A stretch of DNA of 62,030 nucleotides, counting the filler, from Kipferlia bialata (taxonomy: Eukaryota), in assembly GCA_003568945.1 (NCBI GenBank). It is 6 parts of 6 records of this genome, joined end to end, with 100 filler letters (N's around TTAATTAATTAA, not from the genome) between each part and the next. Parts side by side here need not be neighbours in the genome. Positions count along the whole stretch, not along the records: positions 46,994 to 58,634 come from BDIP01001211.1; positions 58,735 to 62,030 come from BDIP01001268.1; 4 more parts are not named here. The stretch is one strand, 5' to 3'. Position numbers and translations under genes: made by a program. Shown piece after piece: positions 52,101-62,030 of this stretch; position 1 is the stretch's first letter; every line of letters starts with the position of its first letter. The notes under the pieces were generated by a model, which did not search any database, was not told the origin of the DNA, and saw nothing but the letters and a program-made list of their open reading frames with translations.

Positions 52101-55100
52101 GGAGGCGTTTTAGCATAGTACCTCTAGGAGAGAGTATCTTGGTGTTATAGGTAGAGAGTCCTACACCTCCAACTTCTAATCAAGCTCATTGTCCGAGACT
52201 CAACTTGCAGAGACATAGGAACATCAATCATCGCAGGAGCTCTAACCCATGCTCCAAGGCTTAGAGTGGTAAGTGTCTCTTAGCGAGGATTGCTCTTATC
52301 ACTGACTTAGTGTAGATATTTGTGTTGATAGATTCAATGAGTCCTAGCTGAACGAGAACGTACTGAGTGTCTCATACACTGTCAACGGGACGTCATTCTT
52401 AACCCCCAGGTTAGCTTGGAGAACTGTATAATTGGAAATGCGGGTGCCGTCTTTCTCGCCGAGGCACTTTGCCACACACCACATCTGAACACAGTACGTC
52501 GAATCATCACAACCAATTATCATTGTCAGCTGGGGTCTCATACCAGCTAAACCTCCGTGCAAACATGCTTGGCGATATTGGGGCCACTGCGCTGAGCCAA
52601 AGCCTGGCACACCTCCCAGACCTTCGGCGGGTAAGATGTATCTATATACCAGTGTTGTGTTATCCTATGTCCTCCGTTCACTATTCGTTTGACTCATAGT
52701 ATGAGTCTCATACTCACGATAATGTTTCCAGAAATGGCTCTTTCTCTTCTTTCCTTTCAGTGGTGTATATATTGTTCTGAATACGTGTCTCACCAACAGA
52801 TTGGACTGCGTGACTGTCCGGTCAGCGATGCTGGCATAGAGGCAATTGTGAATGCCCTGCTCGTGGCCCAGAGCCCACCCAAGCTGATTAGTGTACGTAT
52901 GATACTCTACTGTGGAATACCATTTCCAGTAATACTATAGTGCACATACACATGTCTCCACGCGTCACCCCCCCTATCTCACCCTCAGTTGATGCTGACC
53001 GGTACCCACCTGACAGATGGTGGTATAGAGTGCCTCACAAAGACGTGCACATCAATTCCTTCACTTCAGTCGGTGGGTGGATGTTCTGGTATCTTACGGT
53101 AGTATATTACAGTTGGTCTGTTGTCAGCACCGCCACTTGTAGTATAACACTGACTTCTAACCCTGTCTAAATTGGTTCGGCCGTTGGCAACCAGTTCTCC
53201 TCTCAGCTGTCTATTTCATCAACGGCCGTGACTGTCAGGGGTATCTGTGGCCTTGTTAGGGCACTGCCTCAAGCATGTCACTTAAAGGAGGTAAGTTAGT
53301 ATCAGGCACATTGATAGCCAGGTAGATGACTGTGGTACATTACTGGTCTGCCCAACATAACGTATTCTGACTCCTATGGTTTCTGTATATATACATTGAT
53401 AGTGTTTAGCCGATTCTTACCGCTTCAACTTACCCCAGTTAGAAGTCAACAGCCTGGCCGCCATCAAGTGTAGACCCGACATAGAGATCCAGGTACAAGC
53501 TATACTCGCTCAGTCCACCACACAGGACAGAGCACCTCTAGCTGCAGGGTTTAACCAGTCATTCGGGCTCGACAGGAAGCCCGTAGATGCTACTGATGCA
53601 GCAGTGTTGGAGAGAGAGAGGCAAGCTGAACTTTGGCACCTCGGTGACCGCTGTGGCAATGCAGCAGTTGCGGCTGCTCTGAAGAAGTGTGTTAAAGCAG
53701 TAGGCACAGACCCTGTGTGTCCCACTGAGGTATGGATTCTTGTTACCAATAATCTGATCAGGCTCACGTTTCAGCTGTCCCTGTCCTATGTGGACCTAGG
53801 TATCAGTGGCGCCACTTCTCTAGCCGAGGCCTTCCAGTACATTCCCACTCTCAACAAGGTTAAGAGATACATAGAGTCCCTATTTGAGACGACATATAGA
53901 TTCTTAGAGAGACGTAATAGTCTAGCTCAGGCTGGTTAACTCCTGATAGAGTCTTACACCAGCTATCACTGACGAGCTGCTCTCTTGGTGATGTCGGAGC
54001 CACAGTCCTGGCAGGGGCACTCCCTCGGCTACCCAACCTCAGACACGTGCGTGATTGTCTCTATTTGGACTCAGTGTGTGTTTACTTACACCAGCTGGTC
54101 CTGACATCTTCAGATGTGGGTAATGTTGGCACAGCGGCCATTGCCGTTGCCTTTCAACACCTTCCCAACCTGGATAACGTGAGTTTGATCACTATAATCT
54201 TCTCCGCTCTTACTGGCTGACATACAGCTCTGGATGAATGGCTGCCCAGTTGGTGATATTGGCATTGCTGCACTTGTACGTGGCCTTAGCACTAGCTCTT
54301 CATCCCGGCCACGTCTGAAACTGGTAAGTGTGGCATTAGTTGTCAGCAGTATACATATGTATGCAATGGCTAGAGTTATGCAATACTGACTCTCAGCTGG
54401 ATCTTGGACACACGAAGATGACCGATGTTGGGGCGAGTGCCATTGCAAGTGAACTGGTTACCATGCAGTCACTCCGAAAGGTACAAAGAGTAGTATTATA
54501 GAGTAACACTTCTGGGGGAAGGTGCCTCCGGGTCGAGTTCTAGACTGCTCTACGCTAACTCCAGTTGTCCGTGGAATGTGCTGGTGTCACCATGAGGGGC
54601 GTTTGCAGTATTGTCGCCTTGCTCCCATTGTGTCCCAATGTCGTGCAGGTATATATCCATTTACAAAGAGTAATAGTGGGGCAGGTCCAAAGTGATAGTA
54701 TTCGTGGTCACTTCCAAAGACGTCTCTTACATCGTGTAAGTTACATGTCCCATACCACTATGATTCTCACATCAGCTACGCACTGGGCGGATAGAGACTA
54801 CAGGACAGTCTGTGACAGGCATCCTGTCAACAAGGGAGCAGGGTGCGCGTCAGAGTATGGTCAATGCATTCTGTCGGACACACGGCTACGAGGAGGGAGT
54901 GCTGGAGCCACGGGTCAGTGTGGGAACATCCACGTGCTTATCCTCTGCTGATTCCTCAACGCAGATAGAGGGAGACCTGCTGAGGATCCGGAACATCACA
55001 CCCGAGGAGCTGGACAAGATAGAATCCCTCATTGCTACATTTAGGGCTAACGACCTGTCTCAGGTGTCAGAGACAGTAGCAAGTCTGAGAGGCATAGTCC

Positions 55101-58100
55101 CATCCCTGATGGGTCTGAACCTTTCGATGACCTCACTTGAGCAGCTGCTGGTGGACAATCCTATTGAGACTCTGGCCACACGTAACGTGAGCCCCATCCT
55201 CTCTGACATCACCCCCTACTACAACATATTCTGTGGGTGCCTGGCAGACTGTACCAAGACAGACCTGCTTGTTGATTCGGTTGACACTGTCACCCTGTGT
55301 AGGAATCTCATTGGCTCCGTTGAGAAGATGTGCCCCATCATTATCCCATCAGATGTCCTGTCGCTACAACCAGCAGATCGTCAACACGTCTGTCTAGCCA
55401 TGGAGTACAACCGTCACTTGTTCAATGCCATCGAGGCCTCCAAGCCACTGCTGGCAGTGCGGGAGGACATCAGGCTGTGTGTGGAGGAGTACAGTGGCTT
55501 GGACGTTGAGGCCACTGTTTCCAGAGCAATTGCCCTCCAGCCTCAGGTTATGGAGCTGCATCAGACGCTCCTGTTCCGTGTCACCGAAGAGGCAGACATG
55601 AGGGAGGCCCTGGCAGAGCTACATACACTTCCAGCGATAGCAAAGGACAGGTAGTTACAATTATTGAAGTATTTGCAATGTACTTCTCTTGGTCTCACTC
55701 AGGCTACACTCTGTGGGAGACGATCTAGCTGTCTGTGAGGTGAGCATTCAACGCCGGCAGGACCGTCGGGAGCCTATATCCAGCAAGATGACAGAAGACA
55801 GAGACCATCTGCAGAGAGAGAAGAACAGGATTGAGAGTGTCCTTCTTAAGGGCAGGAGTCTTATGCAGAAGCTTTCTCGCCACAAGAGGCACCCAGAGGC
55901 AGCTGAGGTCAGTAGTCTACAGTGCATTATAGTATAGTATATGTTCTCTAATGGAGATCCTCCATCAAGCATTGTCCCAGACACTCTCATGCATAGGTTC
56001 TACGGTCTCAGCCCCTCAAGCATCCACTTGATGACACAGCCCTCTCCCAGTTCTCTCACCTGTGCTGCGAATACCCCTTCCACGCATTCAATCCAGACGC
56101 ATTCAATGTCGGCAACCACACCCTGTTTGTTGGCAGGCACCCAGACTCTCACATGCCGGTCGTCCTCAAGGAGTACAACCTCTCCATCCCCGCCGAGGTG
56201 GAACACGCAAGGAGAGAAGTGTCAGTCTTCAACACTGTCCGTGACGTCCACATAGTGCAGTTTCTGGGACTTGTTGTGGGATCCGGTAAGTGTTACGTGG
56301 TGACAGAGAAGTACAACTGCAACCTCCTTGAGTTCCTCAAGACCAAGCCGACCACCACGACTCGGCGTCACATCGGAAGGGAGGTGCTTCTAGGTCTGTC
56401 CTGTCTCGAGGGGCACCGTGTGGTACACCGTGACATCAAGCCCCAGAACATCCTGATCAACCACGCAGACGGTGTTGTAACTGCTGTGGCTCTTGCAGAC
56501 TTTGACATATCCAAGAACCCCCAGGACTACCTCACCACACTAGACAAGACGGGGGCCGGTACCATGGACTTCCTTGACCCGACCAGCAGACAGTCTGGAG
56601 AGTTTGACTCTCTCTCTGATGTCTACTCCTTCGGTCGCACCATGCAGGTCCTGTTTGCATCCCAGGACAACCCTCTTGCTGCCTTGCTACATGGGACAGA
56701 GGTCACTACCGCTGATCTCTCCTCTCATGATGTAACTATTATTAACCGCTGTATGAACGCCAGCAAGTCAGAGAGGATGTCCGCCTACTACATGGCTGCT
56801 TCGGGTCTCTTTGTCTCACGGGAGAAGTCAGCAGCTCCCTCAGGGGAGGCCAACGCCAGACTGCAGCGCATACTAGCCAGTGTGTGGCAACAAGTCCAGA
56901 GGGTGAGACCTGACGCAGAGGCGGTCCCTTGCACAGTTGACTCCTTGCTGACCCACTTTGCCCTCCCTGAGGCACCGTCCATAGCTGGGTACTGCCGTGT
57001 CACAGTTCAGGGCAATGATGACGAGGAAGCAAGTCCGCTGCGCGCTATGCTAACCGTCCTTCAAGACCCGGTGCTGATAGGAGGGGAGCAGATAGCGCTT
57101 CTGGAGGCCGGAGACGGAGACTTCCTACTAGTGCCTTCTATAGACGCATGCACCGTCATGCAAGAGTGTGTGATGACAGTAGATAGGGACGCACTAGAGA
57201 GACTAGAGACACTCAAGCTGTACTTCCGGGGCCTCGGTCGCTTCCTCGCCTTTCAGCTTCTGGAGGGTCCTCTACCCCACGGCCTGCTGGGTCTAGCTGT
57301 ATATGCAGCAATGCGGGGGAACATCAATGGCTGGTTACAGGACCCGGTCGTTGTTTCAAGGGTGTTTGCCTCAACCTTTCCCGTTCAGAGGCGCAGTCTT
57401 CTGAAGCTGCTGGCAAGTGGTGCTGCTATCCCATTCAACTCAATTCCTGGGAGCCAGGAACTAGACGAGCGAGTGTTGGACCCCCACAATGAGGGGGACT
57501 TTGCCGCCCACTTCGAGTACTCATACGTGAGACTCATGATGGAGGCCGGTATAGAGATTCACAGGGGATATACCTCCCTACACCCCGACTGGGCCGAGGC
57601 TGCGGTGGCCCTCACCCTGGACCAGTTCCTAGAGGCCTCTGCAGCCCTCTCTCCATTCAGCATGCATCAGTACATGGGTGCATTCACCATAGCCAATGAC
57701 TCCTTGAGAGAGGCCTTTGAGGCATTTGTGAAGAGCCAAGTCACACTCCACAACGACAACCTCCTCCGCATGCTCCTCGTCTTCGCCTGCGGCTGCCCAA
57801 TGCTTCCGCAGACCAAGGTCACGCTGGAGTTGGCATCAGGGGCTGCACGCCTAGCACTCCCATCAGCACATCAGTGCACATCCACCATTACAGTCCCCGA
57901 CACCTGCCTCCAGAGACTGGACATGGCCTTCCAGGACAGCTGCGAGGCAGCAGGTATCACTCTTGGGACAGGAGATAGGTCCCGTGCCAGAGTTGAAGAG
58001 GACCTCAACAGAGAGCTAAGCCGCTTCAGGATCCTCAGTGATGAGTATCGCACCTGCCCTAGCTGTGGGGTGGCTGTGGAGAGAACCCAAGGGTGCAACA

Positions 58101-58207
58101 GAATGAGTTGTACCTGCGGGAAGCACTTTTGCTGGGCATGTGGGTATGTTAGTGCCAATAAGACTTCAGTCTACCGGCACATGGTTGAGAAGCATGGTGG
58201 CTACTAG
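49144..58207 (+). CDS. Multidomain protein: PH-like, three RNI-type LRR modules, helical/coiled region, protein kinase, HECT-like, RBR RING2/IBR-type Zn finger
   Basis: About 84-nt LRR exons (LSITATNMGTEGAAALADAFTLVPGLQK etc.). The final 684-aa ORF has VVLK, HRDIKPQN, DFD and SDVYSFG; then YFRGLGRFLAF, LLVFACGCPMLP and LPSAHQC; then CPSCGVAVERTQGCNRMSCTCGKHFCWAC. Confidence 0.85.
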
Positions 58208-58533
58208 TGACTACTGGTGACTACTAGGAAGCTTCTCCTGCTGTGACCCCAGAGATGCAAATAGTGACACAATACGATGCCCTCAGGGCATTGCCGTGCT
58301 GCTGCCCTTTGTCACAACTCCCATAAATCATTGTGAATATGTGTCACTTAGTGACTCAGTATATCTATCTGTAATCATATAGTTGGTCACGTAGAGCTTT
58401 GCAGAGACAAGTGAAAGTGTGAAAGTGGGATACAAAGAGTTGGGTATCATATAGTATTATGCCTTAGGAATGATATTGACAAGTTTCCTTCTCAGAATAC
58501 TCTCTTGTGTCCATAAGAACCAGTTATGCCATT

Positions 58534-58634
58534 TAGGGCTTCAAAAATATAGAGATAGAATAAAATATAGAATAATGACATTCTATATTTCTATATTTTA
58601 GAGACAAAAATGTGCTGAACCCTCAAGTATATAC
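58534..58634 (+). mobile_element. Putative DNA transposon/MITE terminus, same family as 23273
   Basis: TAGGGCTTCAAAAATATAG...atagaataatg..attctata, shared with 23273; runs to contig end. Confidence 0.55.
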
Positions 58635-58734
58635 NNNNNNNNNNNNNNNNNNNNNNNNNNNNNNNNNNNNNNNNNNNNTTAATTAATTAANNNNNNNNNN
58701 NNNNNNNNNNNNNNNNNNNNNNNNNNNNNNNNNN
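58635..58734. other. Artificial contig spacer
   Basis: N-run with TTAATTAATTAA. Confidence 0.99.
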
Positions 58735-59327
58735 AGGTGGGGGGGGGGGGGGGGGGGGGGGGGGGGGTGTAGGGGAGAGAGACAACATACAATATAACCC
58801 ACCTTATCAGTCCCCACTCCTGCCTGTGCACATGTACATGACCCACTTGGGGTGTGCATTGACCCTAGGGTAAGGTGAGCATAAGGATAACTGAGAGAGA
58901 CAGAGGGAACACCGACCACTACGTACTTGCCAGGCTCTTGACCGATATGGTCACTGTGCCATCCTCTGACCGCAGAGGTTGGATGTTACCGACACCTGCC
59001 ATGCCCAGGGGTGGCCACTACAGCAGTAGCAGCAGGGTCTTGGAAAGAGTTGACTTGGGGGAGAATTCTAAGGGTTCGCCCTTAACAATACCACCCAGAG
59101 ACTACTTCTCAGGTTCCTAGTTCCCCAATACTGTCACTTCTCAGCACCTCGGTCCTTTCCTGACCAGACCCGTGCTGATGTATCAATAGAGTGCCGAAAG
59201 GCGGTTAGTCACAATCGGAAAAGTCCGATGAAAAACCTCGTTGGGTCTAAACCCTTTCGCAGCTCTCCAAAGACCCACCGAAGAAGCACGCTTTAACTGC
59301 ACGTCCCACCATCACGCAAGAGACTCA

Positions 59328-59639
59328 ATGAACAAGGGGGATCAGACAGAGGGAGAGGTTGACACTTACCACCGGATTGTGAAGGAGAAGGACAGCGATG
59401 CTCCCCCCTCCTGTCCCATTGCCCTTCCGTCCCACTTTGCCCCACTGGATGGGGGCACTACACACCCCAGTGCATGGGGGGACAGTGCTCTAGACAGTGA
59501 GCTGAGGGAGGAGAGGCAGACAGCCGCCAGCCGGGAGATGGAGAGAGAGAGAGAGGCTGCCATGGGTGCCAGAGGCAGACTGCTGGGCCAGATTGAGAGG
59601 GGGGCACAGCTGCAGAGTGCGGAGGGGGAGGGCAAGTAG
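59328..59639 (+). CDS. Small hypothetical protein (or first exon)
   Basis: ORF MNKGDQTEGEVDTYHRIVKEK...ELREERQTAASREMERERE with codon usage like neighbouring genes. Confidence 0.4.
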   Translation: MNKGDQTEGEVDTYHRIVKEKDSDAPPSCPIALPSHFAPLDGGTTHPSAWGDSALDSELREERQTAASREMEREREAAMGARGRLLGQIERGAQLQSAEGEGK

Positions 59640-60292
59640 ATATGGTGGCATCTGCCTCTCGTCCTGATGTGGATCCCCCCCCCCCCCCTCAATGTCCTAT
59701 GGCATGTGGCCGACCAGACGTATTGTACCGTGTTTGGTTACCTTACGGCCCAACACAATTATTGTGTACTGTGCTGGCTACCGAGGCTCAAGAGTGCGCT
59801 ACGAGAAGCGCCCCCTATACATTGGACCCGGTTGGCGTGTCCCCTTCGCTCTCCCTCTCTCCCTCCCTCCATGATGGGCAGGATCAGTTCATAGGGTTGC
59901 TGACTTGTGCAGATTGGGATTGGCGCATCCCCTCTCCTGCCATATCCATATGTATGCATGGTGCTATAGTGCCAAGCCTGAGATGCGTACAGGACCGTGT
60001 ATGATGAGTGATAGATTCGATGGCACTGATATGTCATTGTTCAGCATGTACTTATGTTGTAAACCCATATGACTTCACACTTGTCCCACCATCCTTTGAT
60101 GTTCCACACCTCTATTGACACAACGGGATGGAACATCTACTCAACAACTATTCAACTACTAATCGGACAACTACTATAACTGAAGAGTCTACACAGTATC
60201 AATACACTAGTTCACACTATATCTCTCTGGTTTGTCTTTCACTGCCCCGGGTTGTATCCAATGTATGCAGGGGGCATCTCATTGTCTGAGGT

Positions 60293-61985
60293 TAATAAAT
60301 GGATTGGGATAGTATAGAGAGTGTGTGTATACCAATAGCAGTGTCTGCCCCACCTTCCACTGCGTATCCTATGGATGGGGGCAGGGTGGATGCAGGTGCG
60401 TACATGTCGGTGGCATTGGGCTGGACAGGTTGGGGGGCATAGCCTGCAGTGAGAGAGACTGATCCATCTCTAGTTAGTATTAGTCACATAGCTACTCTCT
60501 CACCTGACGGTGTCACCACTTGGGCCTTGGGCTTGCTCTCAAACCCTGCTGGTACCCCCACATGGTGGTGGTCTATCTGGTTGGTGTGCTCGAAGCCTGG
60601 CATCAGTCACTGAATCAATGCCCATATACAGTGTATGAACACCCACCTGCGGGCACTCCCACATGGTGTGTCTCAGGGTTAGGACTGGGAACCTGCTGTA
60701 CAGGGGCACCTGCCTCTATGGCAACCTGGGGTATGAGAGGTGACATGGAGTGGTACAGAGTAGGAGATAGACACTAGACACACTGACCTCGGCTGACTTG
60801 TCCCCGTCTCTCTTTGCCTTGTCTGAATAGGACCTGCTGATGGCACACCTAGAGGGTAAGGGGGTATCAAGTCTTAGACCTAACACACAAGTCTAACGTT
60901 ATTAATAGAAACAGACACCCCACCACACCCCTGGGGCATTTGATGACTACATATACTGACACCCACCTAGATGACAGCACCATGACGATGATTGCGGTGA
61001 TGGGCACCACAAAGAATGAGGCGAAGATGTACACGTTGAAGTTATCAGCGCGCTTCGCACGAAGGCCATACTCACCACTGAGGGTGAGAAGGTATGGGAG
61101 ACAGCTATACACTTAGGAGCTGCATAGGGGGTATTAACTATATTAGATAGTGGGTATGTCACGTACGAGTAGCACTGTGCATCGACACCAATGTAGTCCC
61201 ACTGCGACACGTCAGGCTCCTGGGGGGTGAGGCCAAGGGTATACACTCATAAGGAATATACATAGTTTTGACACCATGTATATATACCCCGTACCGACCC
61301 GAGCAGTGTGCCTGTCCCCTCAAAGTCCAGCCAGGGCTGGTCAACCACAACCTCAGAGGAGTAGGACTCGGTGTAGGAGCCCTGGTTCTCAACCCCATAG
61401 TACACAGGGGACATCACGATATCCTGGGGTCAGAGATATATTACAGGCCATGTGTCTCTAGCAAGCCTCTCAGCTGACACCCACCTTCCACTTGCCGTAC
61501 TGCGTCTGGGCCACAGGGGCAGTGTATGTGTGTGTGACTGGCTCGTCCCCCTGGGTGATCCAAGTAGGGTCGGTGTAGTAGTTCTGAGGGGTGAGTGAGG
61601 GGTAGATACTAGAGAGGAACACATATAGTACATGTCCACTCACCGCCCTCCACATTGCATAGTCCCTGGGGTCGGTGTACTCATAGCAGAACCTGGGGGT
61701 GAGGGGGAGGGGGGACTTGAGAGGTCAGAGTGTATCGGTATATATTTATATATATACACTCACGTACAGTCCCCTGTCCTGCAGGTCCAGATCCACCTCT
61801 GCTGTCCCATCCGGCATGACCCAGAAGGGGCCAAACTGACAGTCAGAGAGAAGGGGAGGGCGGGGTCAATGTCAGAGAAGAGAGTTTAGTGCTATCTCCG
61901 TACTGAGTATATGGACACCACGTCCTGGTCCTCCTGGTCTGATGTCTTGGTGACAGACCCACCCACACCAGGGAGGGAGTCAGTC
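60293..61985 (-). CDS. Single-pass membrane protein with beta-rich ectodomain and Pro-rich tail (multi-exon, 5'-partial)
   Basis: Series of short GT-AG-bounded exons; TM segment VYIFASFFVVPITAIIVMVLSS at ~60970-61035; tail GYAPQPVQPNATDMYAP. The 3' end is approximate. Confidence 0.6.
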
Positions 61986-62030
61986 TGGGGGGAGAGGGGG
62001 GGGGGGGGGGGGGGTGAGGGGAGAGACGAG

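Noticed and set aside
11653..58734. Regularly spaced TTAATTAATTAA within N-runs (~11.75 kb period)
   Set aside because: Artificial linkers between length-sorted contigs; adjacency across them has no biological meaning.

Overview
This window is eukaryotic and intron-rich, not prokaryotic. It is six contigs, five of about 11.65 kb plus the start of a sixth, sorted by length and joined by artificial 100-nt N-TTAATTAATTAA-N spacers. Gene style (GT-AG introns with a short CTNAC-N3-4-YAG 3' end, GA/TA microsatellites, divergent proteins) suggests a free-living metamonad such as Kipferlia; that is inference only. Contig 1 (1-11652) is gene-dense: NAA35/MAK10-like, a NERD1/FG-GAP-like membrane protein, a KTI12 N-terminal exon abutting a U1-70K gene across a poly-C tract, TBCA and SF3B1. 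Contig 2 holds a giant coiled-coil gene whose upstream exons appear to lie on the reverse complement of contig 4. Contig 3 holds an Afi1/MesA-type DENN gene and a gene remnant cut by a transposon-like end. Contig 4 holds an adenylate kinase and unknown genes. Contig 5 holds a dual-specificity phosphatase head-to-head with a PH-like/LRR/kinase/HECT/RBR-RING2 protein. There are two main leads. (1) The LRR-kinase-HECT-Rcat protein has one exon per LRR and two candidate catalytic cysteines. (2) Contigs 2-4 show pervasive polarised 'exon echoes': acceptor plus exon 5' half repeated upstream, and exon 3' half plus donor repeated downstream. SF3B1 also carries substitutions at known branch-point and drug hotspot residues. 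Exon boundaries were read by eye and are approximate.
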